Positions 1 to 10,187 of a DNA stretch of 64,000 nt are shown one piece after another. The notes beneath the pieces were generated by a model that did not search any database, had not been told where the DNA came from, and saw nothing but the letters and a program-made list of their open reading frames with translations. This stretch comes from an uncultured delta proteobacterium. Lineage in GTDB: Bacteria; Desulfobacterota; Binatia; UBA9968. Where the stretch lies: assembly GCA_963755715.1 (NCBI GenBank), contig CAVWLW010000014.1, positions 29,759 to 93,758 on the forward strand, written 5' to 3'. Every line of letters starts with the position of its first letter. The stretch's first letter is position 1. The translations under genes were made by a program, and so were the position numbers.

Positions 1-472
1 CCTGGCTCTCGGTCTCCTGCAGCGCCTGCTGGCTCACCGCGTTGGCGGTGATCAGATTTTGATTGCGTTTGAGATTCTGTTCAGCCAACACCGCGGCGGC
101 TTTCTGCTGGTTGAGCTGGGCGCGCAGGCTGTTCAAATGCGCCTCGCCGGCTTCCACTTGAGCCTGGTAAACGCGCGGGTCGATCTCGGCGAGCAATTGG
201 CCTTTGGTCACGGTATCGCCGATGTCGACGTGGATCGCTTTAAGCTGGCCGGAGACTTGAGTGCCGACGTCAACGTACTGCTTGGCTTCGAGCTTGCCCT
301 GGGCAGTGACCAAGGCTTCGACGGTTCCCCGAGTCACCGTGATCGGCACCAGGACGTCCCGCTTCGGCGCTCCCGCGGCGCCCGTGTACCAATACAAGCC
401 GCCGCCGATCAGCACCGCCAAAATAACCCCGGCGATGATCTTTTTTCGTTTTGTTGCCGTTAGCCAATTCAT
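1..472 (-). CDS. Efflux periplasmic adaptor subunit (MacA-like membrane fusion protein), partial, runs off the window start
   Basis: Manual translation: MNWLTATKRKKIIAGVILAVLIGGGLYWY...VDVGTQVSGQLKAIHVDIGDTVTKGQLLAEIDPR, an N-terminal TM helix plus the MFP lipoyl-like motif. Not in the ORF track because it is truncated. Confidence 0.85.
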   Translation of the reverse strand, partial: MNWLTATKRKKIIAGVILAVLIGGGLYWYTGAAGAPKRDVLVPITVTRGTVEALVTAQGKLEAKQYVDVGTQVSGQLKAIHVDIGDTVTKGQLLAEIDPRVYQAQVEAGEAHLNSLRAQLNQQKAAAVLAEQNLKRNQNLITANAVSQQALQETESQ

Positions 473-508
473 ACTGATTCACCTTTCCCTCGGAGCGATC
501 TTACTGAA

Positions 509-537
509 TGATACGAACCAGGCGCTGGAAGTCTCCG
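509..537 (-). promoter_or_regulatory. Putative ECF sigma promoter for the efflux gene
   Basis: Minus strand reads AGACTT-N9-GGTTCGTATCA, with the same motif and spacing as at 2011-2039. Confidence 0.65.
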
Positions 538-545
538 TGAGCGCC

Positions 546-576
546 AAAAAAAAGCGCCGGGGTTCCCGGCGCTTTT
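546..576 (-). terminator. Rho-independent terminator of the ECF operon
   Basis: AAAAGCGCCGGG-GTT-CCCGGCGCTTTT hairpin, giving a T8 tail on the minus strand. Confidence 0.8.
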
Positions 577-600
577 ATAAAAGTCATTTATTTCGCCAGT

Positions 601-1040
601 TTAGCCTTGGCTGGGCGGCGGCGGGCGGCGCAGCATTTGGGCAAATCGGCGCCGTTCTTCCGGGCTCAGGTCCTTGATGGCTAGTTTAACCGATTGCGAG
701 AGTTGTTTGCTCATTTTCGCGCGCAACTCATTGATCTTGAGCTTCTTGACGGTCCAAGGCCGCTTCATCGAAGGATTCGCCGCCGAGCACTTGAATGGCC
801 TCGTCCTGAGCTTTGCGCATTTGCTCGAAAAACGGATCGGCGGTGGCGCGCAAGCTGCTGAAATCGTTCGCGCAGCCGCTGCTGCGACGCTTCGGGCAGG
901 TCTTTAATGACTTGCTCTATGCGCTGCTGGCGCATAGCATTGCGATCGAAGCGGCGCGGTGATTGACCGAGCACGAAACCGAGCAACAGCACATTCAAAA
1001 TAATCGAACCGACAAACGTCATTTTCGTAGCCCGGTTCAT
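601..1040 (-). CDS. Periplasmic heavy-metal sensor / Spy-CpxP-like protein (frameshifted)
   Basis: N-terminal SIILNVLLLGFVLG anchor and helical charged body. Continues in another frame to ...LSPEERRRFAQMLRRPPPPSQG*. Confidence 0.65.
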
Positions 1041-1351
1041 AAAAACCCCTCATCGCCGGCGATCATGCTCTGCGTCGTGGTATAGTTGGCATCTTGAATC
1101 GTCGAACTGTCCGGACTCGTATTGAATCCCAGCACCATGCCCAAAACCAAGGCACTGGCGAGCACGTAGCCGGGCTTCGGCAAATGAAATTCGGCGAACA
1201 ACTGGCGCAGCGACTGCCACAATGAAATATTCTGGATTTGCGGCACAGTTTGCGCCTTCAGAATGATTCGCGCAGCCAAGTCAGGACTCGCGGCATCCCT
1301 GCGGCGATTGTGCAGCATCGAATCTAATTTCTGGTCTCGATGGTCATTCAT
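1037..1351 (-). CDS. Putative anti-sigma factor (single TM)
   Basis: 104 aa, SPDLAARII motif, one TM segment, directly downstream of the ECF sigma gene. Confidence 0.65.
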   Translation of the reverse strand: MNDHRDQKLDSMLHNRRRDAASPDLAARIILKAQTVPQIQNISLWQSLRQLFAEFHLPKPGYVLASALVLGMVLGFNTSPDSSTIQDANYTTTQSMIAGDEGFL

Positions 1352-1358
1352 AAAACCC

Positions 1359-1913
1359 TCACAGATAATCCTTTAAGCGTTCCTTCAAGGTCGTCTTGGC
1401 GCGCATTACCAGCGACTGCAATGCTTTAAGATTAATCGCCATCACGTCCGCCGCGTCCTGATTACTCAAGCCCTCATCGTAACAGAGGTTAATCGCCGTT
1501 CGCTGGCGCTCGGGAAGAGCCGAAATGGCGCCTTCCAAAGCGATTTGCTGCTGCTTTCGTTGCATGGCTTCATCGGCGCTTTCGCGCTCGTCGATGATCG
1601 GCATATCCTCGTTGAGTTCCAGCGGCTGCTTTTTCTTTTGCCAGTCGAGGCATAGATTGACCACGACCCGGTAGAACCAAGTGGTAAACTTAGTGTTCTT
1701 GTCCGGCTGCCATCTATGCGGATCTTCCCAGAGCTTGAGAAAGGCATCTTGAACCATGTCTTCGGCCGCTTCTTTGCTCTGAACGTAGCGATAAGCCAGG
1801 CGGTAAAAGCGCTCGGTATGGCGTTCGACCAGCAAGGCAAAGGCTTGGCTGCTACCATCCTGGATGAGCGCGAGGAGTTCGTGGTCGTCTTTATCCGGCC
1901 AGGGTGTCGCCAT
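1359..1913 (-). CDS. ECF RNA polymerase sigma-70 factor
   Basis: Region 2 AEDMVQDAFLKLW...FTTWFYRVVVNLCLD and region 4 ALPERQRTAINLCYDEGLSNQDAADVM. Confidence 0.93.
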   Translation of the reverse strand: MATPWPDKDDHELLALIQDGSSQAFALLVERHTERFYRLAYRYVQSKEAAEDMVQDAFLKLWEDPHRWQPDKNTKFTTWFYRVVVNLCLDWQKKKQPLELNEDMPIIDERESADEAMQRKQQQIALEGAISALPERQRTAINLCYDEGLSNQDAADVMAINLKALQSLVMRAKTTLKERLKDYL

Positions 1914-2010
1914 AGTGTCGAATTAATTGCCTTAAGGCTTTGATTTACTTGCTCGATCATACAACCAGTGGACTCCAAAAATAAGGCCGGAGACACTCCC
2001 GTTCAATGGT

Positions 2011-2039
2011 TGATACGAACCGGGAGGGCAAAGTCTTCG
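2011..2039 (-). promoter_or_regulatory. Putative autoregulatory ECF promoter
   Basis: AGACTT-N9-GGTTCGTATCA about 100 bp upstream of the sigma start codon, with a duplicate at 509-537. Confidence 0.65.
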
Positions 2040-2050
2040 CCGGGTTGCGA

Positions 2051-2722
2051 TTATTTATAATTGGACGCGGTAATCGGAGTGAGCCGCGTGCCGAGCAATC
2101 CACGAAAATTGGCCCGATCCGAATCGGATGAGGCATCCAATGAGCACCATGGATACTCACCGGCGTAAAGGCGCACCGTCGGCTCAAAGCCATGAAGGCT
2201 CGGCAGCAAATCTCTCAAGGTATCGTACCAGGCGCGGCGCTCGTCGCGGTCGAAGGGTTGGTCATCTACAGCATTGATTTCACGGCATAACTCGCGCCAA
2301 CGAGCGAGCGGAAACCCGAGCTTAAATGCCTCAGGATAAAGCGACAGCGTGATCAGCCGGGCGTGCGAGAAGTGTTGGCTCTCGTCGAATTCTAAGATAA
2401 AAGGCGGATCTGAAATATAAAAATCGCAGGGCGGCATCTCGGCGCTTTTGATAAAGTCGCGATGACCGCGTAAGGCGCCGACGCCGGCGCAGATCCGCTG
2501 TAAGAGATCGCCGATCGGCGTATTGACATAGTCCTCCGGTCGGGACGACCAGGAGAATGACTGGTTCATCTGGCAATCGCCGTAGATGGCCGTCAGCAAT
2601 TCGTGTACGCGCTCTTTGCAGGCGCGGCAGTGACCGGAGTGTGCTAAGTTCACCAGCAATCCGTTTTCATCGAGCATAACACAATTCGAGCAGAGGAGAA
2701 TTCGACATGGCAAAACCAGCAT
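2051..2722 (-). CDS. Hypothetical protein, possible PD-(D/E)XK-like nuclease fold (start uncertain)
   Basis: PPCDFYISDPPFILEFDESQHF resembles the D...E.D...H pattern of Vsr/DUF559-like nucleases. Confidence 0.5.
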   Translation of the reverse strand: MLVLPCRILLCSNCVMLDENGLLVNLAHSGHCRACKERVHELLTAIYGDCQMNQSFSWSSRPEDYVNTPIGDLLQRICAGVGALRGHRDFIKSAEMPPCDFYISDPPFILEFDESQHFSHARLITLSLYPEAFKLGFPLARWRELCREINAVDDQPFDRDERRAWYDTLRDLLPSLHGFEPTVRLYAGEYPWCSLDASSDSDRANFRGLLGTRLTPITASNYK

Positions 2723-4960
2723 CGATCATCGGCGCGGCGGTGGGTCGGGTCGAAGGCGCCGACAAAGTCAGCGGCCAGGCAACGTATGGCGCCGACGTGC
2801 ATTTCCCCGACACTTTGTGGGGCAAGATTCTCAGAAGTCCGTATCCGCATGCGCGCATCGTCAGGATCGACACGACCAAAGCGTGGCAAGTGCCGGGCGT
2901 GAAAGCGATCGTCACCGGCAAGGACGAGCCGGAGCATTATCAGGGCAAAAGCATTCGTGACATTCCGGTTCTTTGCTGGGACAAAGTGCGTTACATCGGC
3001 GACAAGGTTGCGGCGGTGGCGGCCGAGAGCAGAGACGCGGCGGAAGAGGCGATCAATCTCATTGACGTAGAATACGAAGAACTGCCGGCGGTCTTCGACG
3101 TGATTGAAGCGATGAAGCCCGGCGCGCCGGTGTTGCATGACAACGCCCCGGGCTACGACGGCGCGCCGAAAGAAATCATGGCGGCAGCAGGCGGCCAATG
3201 TGGTGAACAAACTGACTTTCGGCAAAGGCGATATCGAAAAAGGGTTTGCTGAAGCCGACCTAGTATTGGAACACACTTTCCGCATGCCGATCCATCATCA
3301 AGGCTACCTCGAGCCGCAGTCGTTTCTCGTCAAGATCGAGGACGACGGCAAGGTCAATGCCTGGGCCTCGACCAAAGGTCCTTTCGGCACCCGCGGCCAA
3401 TTCGCCAAAGCGGCCGGCATTCCGGCGAGCCAGATTCGCGTTCAAGCGGTCCACGTCGGCGCCGACTTCGGCGGCAAGAGCGGCGCGGGCGAGTTGCCGA
3501 TCTGCTACTTTCTCGCCAAGCAGGCGAAGCGGCCGGTGAAGATTGTTTTGACTCACACCGAAGAATTGACCGCGATGAATCCGGATCACTACACTGTGGT
3601 TAAAGTAAAGACCGGCGTGAAGCGCGACGGGCGAATGACCGCGCGCTATTTGCAAGCGATCCACGGCACCGGCGCCTACGCCGGCATGAAGCCAGGCCGC
3701 GCCAGCATCGGTGGCGCCGGTTCGGCGACGCCGTACAAAATCGACAACAGCTATATGGAAGCGCTGCAGGTGTATACCAACACGGTGCCCTGTGGTTTCT
3801 GGCGCGCGCCGGGCGCGATCCAGGCCGTGTTCGCTTCTGAATCGCACATGGATCTCATCGCCAAGGAATTGAAAATGGATCCGGCGAAATTTCGCATGAT
3901 GAATCTCATCGGCGAGGGCGAAGTCAATGCGCTGGGAAAAACTTGGAGCGGCGTGAAGGCGAAAGAAACACTAAAGGCTGCGCTCGATGCGGCGGGCTGG
4001 AAATCGCCCAAGCGACCCAACGTCGGCCGCGGCGTGGCGATGTATGAACGCGGCACGGGCGCCGGTAAGGTATGGGTGAATCTGACCGCCGAAGCCGATG
4101 GCACGCTTACCGTATTCACCGTCGCCGGCGATCAAGGGACGGGATTGCAGACCGTCTTGTGCCAAACCGTCGCCGCCGAAATGCAAGTGCCTTACGAGCA
4201 GGTGCGCTGCCGCATCGGCAACACCGCGGATGTTTCTTATAGCGTCGACGTCGGTTTCGGCGGCAGCCGCTCGACCAACATCAACAGCGCGGCGGCATTT
4301 CAAGCGAGCGCCGAGCTGCGCAAAAAGCTCAACGCGCAGGCAGCTAAACTGCTCGGCTGCGCCGAAGATCAAGTCACTTACAAGTCCGGCAAGTTTTCTG
4401 CCACGGGCGGCAAGGCAAAACCGCTTACGTTGATCGACGTCGTCAAGGCGAACGAAGGACCGGTGACGGTCAGCGTCGAAACCGAAGTGCCGCGCAAAGG
4501 ATCGTCGACTTCATTCATCGCCCAGGTAGCCGAGGTCGAAGTCGATCGGGAGACGGGGAGAGTGAAATTAAATAAATTCGTCACCGCCCACGACGTCGGC
4601 ACGATCATCAATCCGCTCGGTCATCAGGGACAGATTGACGGCGAGGCGATCATGGCGATCGGTTCGAGCTTGATGGAAGAGCTGATCGACGATCAGGGCA
4701 AAATAACCACGACCAATCTCGGTGAATACAAAATCCCCAACATCCTCGATATTCCCAAGCTCAAAACCGTGCTGGTGCAAGGCAAGAATGGCCCCGGCCC
4801 TTACGAGGCCAAGGGCATCGGCGAGCACGCCAACGTGACGCCGCCCGCGGCCATCGCCAACGCAGTGCACGATGCTTGCGGCGTGCGCCTGTTTGACGTG
4901 CCGGTTACGGCGGAAAAGGTTTACAAAGCCCTGCAGGCGAATAGACAGGCGATAGGATGA
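2707..4960 (+). CDS. Xanthine dehydrogenase family molybdopterin-binding subunit (frameshift near 3190)
   Basis: ORFs 2707-3252 and 3137-4960 join. Motifs KILRSPYPHARI, GADFGGK, AHDVGTIINP, GQIDG, KGIGE. Confidence 0.92.
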
Positions 4961-4962
4961 CA

Positions 4963-4990
4963 GTAGGGGCGCAGCATGCTGCGCACCTAC
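4963..4990 (+). repeat. GTAG-type REP-like palindrome
   Basis: GTAGGGGCGCAGCATGCTGCGCACCTAC, with related copies at 22718-22737 and 63151-63176. Confidence 0.7.
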
Positions 4991-5032
4991 GGAACATCGG
5001 CAAAAGGAGGTCTTATGAACCATAGACAGTAA

Positions 5033-6027
5033 ATGTTGTCGAAGATTTCTTTGGTCCTTTCTCTTTCTATGTGTCGTCTGGCCGGTGCACGCGCAAGCGC
5101 AGGACAAAATCAAAGTCGCCTACAGCTCCACGGACACGCTCAATCAGATCTGGACCATCGCGCAGGATGCCGGGTTTTTCAAAAAGAACGGGCTGGACGT
5201 GGAGTTGGTTTATATCGGCAGCACGACCGTCGCCGCCACGGCGATTGTGGCGCAGGATATTCAGGTGGGCAATGTGGCCGGGAGCGGCGTCGCCAACGCG
5301 GCGATCCGCGGCGCCGACATGGTGAGTGTCGGTTGCACGATCAACGTGCTGGCCTATGAACTGGTGGTGCTCGACAGCATCAAGTCCGCCGGAGGACTTG
5401 AAGGGAAAGTCGATCGGCATCAGCCGCTTTGGCAGTGTCTCGGACGTTGCTGCGCGGGAGTTACTCAAAGGATTGGGATTGCGACCGCAGGAAGACGTGA
5501 AGATCCTCCAAGTTGGCGGAGCGTCGGAGCGAGCGGCCGGCTTCAGCCGCGGCGTGATCGCCGGCTTTCCGTCGCCGCCGGGAAATGTGAATCTGATTCC
5601 CGGCGGACTGCCGCACCGCATCCTCGCAGATATGGCCGATCTCAAAAAGCCTTATCCCCTGCCGTTTATCTGCGCGGTGACGACCAAAAGCTATCTCGCC
5701 AAGAATCGCTCGGTTGTCAGACGAGTCATGATGGCGCTGATCGAAGCATCGCATTATTTCAAGACCAATAAAGAAGGCGCGCAGAAAATCATTGCCAAAT
5801 ATCTGCGCGGCGCGAACAAGGCGTATCTCGATAGCTCCTACGATTCGACCGTCAAAATTATCGAGCGCGTTCCTTACACGACTCGCGAAGGAATGAAAAT
5901 CCAGCTCGACGACGCGTTGAAACAAGCCCCCGGAAGTAAAGTTACCGTAGATAGCCTGATCGACGACAGCATCGTGCGCGAGCTGGAAAAAGAGGGATTC
6001 ATTGATCGGGTTTATGGAAGGCAATAG
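5033..6027 (+). CDS. ABC substrate-binding protein, NitT/TauT (NMT1/SsuA) family (frameshifted)
   Basis: AQDAGFFKKNGLDVELVYI...DLKGKSIGISRFGSVSD...ELEKEGFIDRVY across three frames. Confidence 0.88.
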
Positions 6028-6049
6028 GCACTAGGCATTAGGCAATAGT
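6019..6049 (+). repeat. Heptamer tandem array (AGGCAAT-like x4), left arm of an inverted repeat
   Basis: AGGCAAT AGGCACT AGGCATT AGGCAAT AGT; matches the reverse complement of 6433-6463 at 28/31 positions. Confidence 0.9.
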
Positions 6050-6082
6050 AAGATAAGAAAGGATCGTAACGTCGCGGCTAAG

Positions 6083-6433
6083 ATGGTGAACAGCCAAAAG
6101 ATCTGTTTGTTTGGCAACGGTCCATGGATTTGGTTGAATCGATATATCGACTAACGGCAAGATTGCCTGCGAGCGAACAGTTTGGTTTGATTGCTCAAAT
6201 GCGGCGTTCTGCGGTTTCGGTACCCTCGAATATCGCTGAAGGATACGGCCGCCAGGCGACAGGCGAATACCGGCATCATCTCTCGATCTGTCGTGGCTCG
6301 TTGTTAGAATTAGAAACACAGTTGCTCTTGTGTCGAAGGCTAAAATACATCGCAACAAGAGAGTGATCCTGTCCTGAATGAAATAGCAGAAATCAGCAAG
6401 ATGCTTGGCTCATTGATTTCGAAACTTTCTTGA
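6083..6433 (+). CDS. Four-helix-bundle protein (23S rRNA IVP / bAvd-like family), frameshifted
   Basis: KDLFVWQRSMDLVESIYRLTARLPASEQFGLIAQMRRSAVSVPSNIAEGYGR...CRGSLLELETQL...EISKMLGSLISKLS*. Confidence 0.9.
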
Positions 6434-6463
6434 CTATTGCCTGTTGCCTAATGCCTATTGCCT
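6433..6463 (-). repeat. Heptamer tandem array, right arm of the inverted repeat
   Basis: ACTATTGC CTGTTGC CTAATGC CTATTGC CT, starting at the stop codon. Confidence 0.9.
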
Positions 6464-6479
6464 GACCAGGAGGTTCCAA

Positions 6480-7187
6480 ATGATTGACCTTTACTATTGG
6501 ACGACGCCGAATGGACACAAAATCACGATTTTTCTCGAAGAGGCTGGAGTGCCTTACTCGATCAAGCCGATCAACATCGGCAAGGGCGAACAGTTCCAGC
6601 CGGAGTTTTTGAAAATCTCGCCGAACAACCGGATTCCGGCTATCGTCGACACCGAGCCGGCGGACGAGGGCGAGCCTTTGAGCGTTTTCGAGTCCGGTGC
6701 GATCCTCGAGTATCTCGCGGTGAAAGCCGGCGCTTATTTGCCGAGCGACGTGCGCGGGCGTACGGAAGTCATGCAATGGCTTTTCTGGCAAATGGGCGGG
6801 CTCGGGCCGATGCTCGGACAGAATCATCACTTCCGAGGCTACAGCAACGAGAAAATTACCTACGCGATCGAACGCTACACGAAGGAAACCGAACGGCTCT
6901 ACGGCGTCCTCGATGATCGGCTCGCCGACCGTAAATTCGTCGCCGGCGATTATTCGATCGCCGACATGGCGTGCTATCCGTGGATCGTGCTGCATGAGAA
7001 GCAAGGCCAGGATTTAAATGACTTCCCCAATCTCAAGCGCTGGTTCGAGGCAATTCAAAAACGCCCCGCAGTCGAACGCGCCTACGCTTTGGCGCGGCAG
7101 ATCAACCCGGACACTGGCGGTATGACTGAGGAGGCAAAGAAGATTCTCTTCGGTCAGGGACGGCGGCAGAGGAGTCAAGAGAAGTAA
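6480..7187 (+). CDS. yfcG: Glutathione S-transferase / disulfide-bond oxidoreductase (YfcG-like)
   Basis: MIDLYYWTTPNGHKITIFLEE, ISPNNRIPAIVD, FESGAIL, WLFWQMGGLGPMLGQNHHF. RBS AGGAGG. Confidence 0.9.
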   Translation: MIDLYYWTTPNGHKITIFLEEAGVPYSIKPINIGKGEQFQPEFLKISPNNRIPAIVDTEPADEGEPLSVFESGAILEYLAVKAGAYLPSDVRGRTEVMQWLFWQMGGLGPMLGQNHHFRGYSNEKITYAIERYTKETERLYGVLDDRLADRKFVAGDYSIADMACYPWIVLHEKQGQDLNDFPNLKRWFEAIQKRPAVERAYALARQINPDTGGMTEEAKKILFGQGRRQRSQEK

Positions 7188-7275
7188 CGAGTGCTGAGGA
7201 CTGAGTCTGAGTAAAGAAGAGCCAGAACAGTTCAAGATGTGCAAATCGTTCAGACAGTCCGAAGCGGTTGCACGC

Positions 7276-8280
7276 ATGAAGCGTCGATGGTTGGCGGCGA
7301 TTTTTTCTTAGTTGGTTTATTTAACGGCGGCCGCTGCGCATGCCGCTGAGCGCCGACTGAAGTTCTTGCTCGCCTATGGCGCGATCGGCGGCAACGCGAT
7401 GCCGCTGTGGATTGCCAAAGAGCAAGGGATCTTCCGCAAATACAATCTCGATCCGCAGTTGATCTACATCATCGCCGGGCGGGCGATGCAGTCGATGATC
7501 GCCGGCGATATTCAGTTCGGCTTGCTCGGCGCCACCCATGTCACCAACGCGGTCACCGCGGGCGGCGATATGACGATGCTGCTCGGCATGGAAGACAAAC
7601 TGAACTATTTTTTGAATGTGCGTCCGGGGATCAAGAGCGCTGAAGATTTGAAAGGCAAGAAAGTCGGCATCGGCACACCGTCCGGCTCGCTGGCGATGGC
7701 CACCTACGTGGGCCTGGACCAGCTGGGTCTGGTGCCGCGGCGCGACCGCATCACGCTCTTGAATACCGGCAGCACGCCGGAGCGCATGAGCTCGCTATTC
7801 GCCGGCGGTATCGACGCGGCATTTTTCAATCCGGAGGTGGAGCAGGTGGTGCTGCAGCAGGGTTTTCCAATGTTGTTCGATCTTGGCAAGGCCAATGTGC
7901 CGTACCAGGCATCGGGTTTGGTGACGTCGCGTAAATATATGCGCAGCAATCCGCTGATCGTGGAAAATCTCGCCAAGGCGGTGATCGAGGGCGCCGCCTT
8001 CGTGCAAAATCCGGCGAATAAAAAGACTGTGGTCGACAGCATCGCGCGCAATTTGCGGCTCGACCGGCCTGACCGCTTGGAGAGCGCCTATCGCGCTATC
8101 GCCGATACCGTTCCACGCAAACCCTGCCCGAATTTGGCGGGCATCGCTTCGGTGTTGAAATTGATGACGCAACACGGCATCAATCCCAAAGCCGCGGAGC
8201 TCAAGCCGGAAGACATCGCCGATATGAGTCTGTGCAAGAAATTGGATGACACAGGATTTTTCGACCGTGTCCACCAATAG
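7276..8280 (+). CDS. ABC substrate-binding protein, NitT/TauT family
   Basis: PLWIAKEQGIFRKYNLD, DLKGKKVGIG. Probable indel in the signal peptide. Confidence 0.88.
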
Positions 8281-8287
8281 CCGGCGA

Positions 8288-9316
8288 GTGAAACGGACAA
8301 ATCATTGGCCACTCATCTGCGCCATGGCGGGTTTGCTCCTCGTTGCCCACGGCGTCGCGCTCGATGAATTTGCCGGCGCGCAAGAACGGAAAAAGATCGT
8401 CGTAGCTTACGTCGCCGCTAGCGAGCAGATGATCATCCCGGCACTCGCTCAGCAAACCGGGATTTTCCATAAGCATGGTCTTGATGCCCAAGTGGTGCTC
8501 GTGAGCGGTAGCCCGCGCAATGTTCAGTCGCTGATTGCCGGCAATTTCGATTTTACGATGGCGGGAGTGACGCCGCTGGTGCGGTCGCCGGATGAACGGT
8601 GCAGATCCGGCGATCCTGGCGGCGATCGCGAACTACTCGACGCAGCAAATCATCGTCGCGCCGCAGGCGAGAATACGCAAAGCTCGACGACCTTGCGAGG
8701 AAAGATCGTCGGCGTGACCCAGTACGGTTCCGAGGGAGACACCTTCCTGCGCATCGCGCTCAAAAGCGCCGGCCTGCGGCCCGATCTGGACGTGACGATA
8801 TTTCAGACCGGTGGCGGCGCGAACACGGTGCAGGCGCTGGCGGCGGGAAAGATCCACGCGGGGGCGACTGGCGGCAGCAACGCCCTCCAGGCCAAGCGGA
8901 TGGGCGCAGTGGAGATCGCGTCGGGTGAAGATATGAAGGTCTTAGCGCCCGCCGGAACGCTGGCGACGACGCGGCGTAAGATCGCCCGTGACCGCCAGGA
9001 AGTGATGAGCTTCATGCGCGCGTTCGTCGAAGGCATTCATTTTTTCAAAACCAATCGCGAAGCGTCGATTCGCGTCATGCAAAAATTCATGGCGGGATTG
9101 CCCATCGAAATCGTCAGTCCGCTCTACAACGAAACCAGAAACAGGTTGCCGGCGTTGCCCATGCCGATGAAGGAAGCGATCCAGTCCGTCCTGGACCGCG
9201 AAAACGATCCAAAGGCCAGAGCGCTGCAACCCGCCGATATCGCCGATTTCAGTTTCTTGCAGGAGATCGAGAAGAGCGGCTTTTTGAAGGAACTTTACAA
9301 ATCCACCGTCAAGTAA
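8288..9316 (+). CDS. ABC substrate-binding protein, NitT/TauT family (local frameshifts)
   Basis: GIFHKHGLDAQVV, LRGKIVGVTQYGS, EIEKSGFLKELY. Confidence 0.85.
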   Translation: MKRTNHWPLICAMAGLLLVAHGVALDEFAGAQERKKIVVAYVAASEQMIIPALAQQTGIFHKHGLDAQVVLVSGSPRNVQSLIAGNFDFTMAGVTPLVRSPDERCRSGDPGGDRELLDAANHRRAAGENTQSSTTLRGKIVGVTQYGSEGDTFLRIALKSAGLRPDLDVTIFQTGGGANTVQALAAGKIHAGATGGSNALQAKRMGAVEIASGEDMKVLAPAGTLATTRRKIARDRQEVMSFMRAFVEGIHFFKTNREASIRVMQKFMAGLPIEIVSPLYNETRNRLPALPMPMKEAIQSVLDRENDPKARALQPADIADFSFLQEIEKSGFLKELYKSTVK

Positions 9317-9645
9317 AAAGAGGATTCGAGGAGGAACGCTCGATGCGGCGATCGTAATTCTCCCATTGCAGCTGAAGCCACATTTTCTGCCAAATTCGCC
9401 GTTAGCAGTTAATTTACGTACGGCATTTACCTACAGGTGTCCGGTTTTTCCCTCTCGATTTTATCCAGCCTACAAATAGTTAGTCAAACTTTTCCAGAAC
9501 TTTCGGCGCGCTAAATTGTGGAGGTTCTCGGTATGAGAGTTGCACAGCCTTCATCGCGCGGTCGCAACGATTGATTGGCAATAATAAAACGCGGGGTTGG
9601 CGATCGACTTCGAGAGCGAATGCCGTGGACGGGAGAAGGCAGCTT

Positions 9646-10092
9646 ATGTTGACGGAAAATTTTCTGACGGCTCGAGATGGGGCGGATGACCGTTTTTCTC
9701 AGCAAGAAGAGACCAAACGCTTATTCGACCAACCCGATGTGTTGTGCGTGAATGAGTATTTGTACGTTTATCAATGCCGACCTGCGGAGACGCCGGAACG
9801 AAGGCTTTTAGCGGCGATATTGCGCGACGCCATCGATTGCTACACACGCGATTGCTTCGCCAAGAATCGCTACAAAAAGAGAAGCTATCGGGAAGCCGAG
9901 GAGTGGTTTTTCAAAACCGACGACCTGGGCATTTTCAGTCTGGAGAGCGTGTGCGGGATTCTAAACATCGACCCGGGCTACATCCGGCGTAGCTTGATCC
10001 GTTATAAACAAAACCACGCCCCCGAGGCTGAGGCGACACCAATGCCTATCCGACGGGATATGTCCGCGATCGAATTACCTCTAGCTTCCTAA
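9646..10092 (+). CDS. Conserved hypothetical protein
   Basis: Protein-like ORF with PERRLLAAILRDAIDCY...EAEEWF...FSLESVCGILNIDP. No function assignable. Confidence 0.65.
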   Translation: MLTENFLTARDGADDRFSQQEETKRLFDQPDVLCVNEYLYVYQCRPAETPERRLLAAILRDAIDCYTRDCFAKNRYKKRSYREAEEWFFKTDDLGIFSLESVCGILNIDPGYIRRSLIRYKQNHAPEAEATPMPIRRDMSAIELPLAS

Positions 10093-10187
10093 ACGACCCC
10101 GGCACTCAATCCCACAGGCGAGTCTGGCACAAGCCAGATTCGCCGCATGAATTTCTGTTCCCCTATTTACCGGCGGATCGAGTCACT

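Noticed and set aside
6364-6366. TGA in the four-helix-bundle gene as possible Sec
   Set aside because: The C-terminal helix continues in another frame; frameshift.
6083-6433. Diversity-generating retroelement suggested by the Avd-like gene
   Set aside because: No reverse transcriptase and no TR/VR pair in the window.
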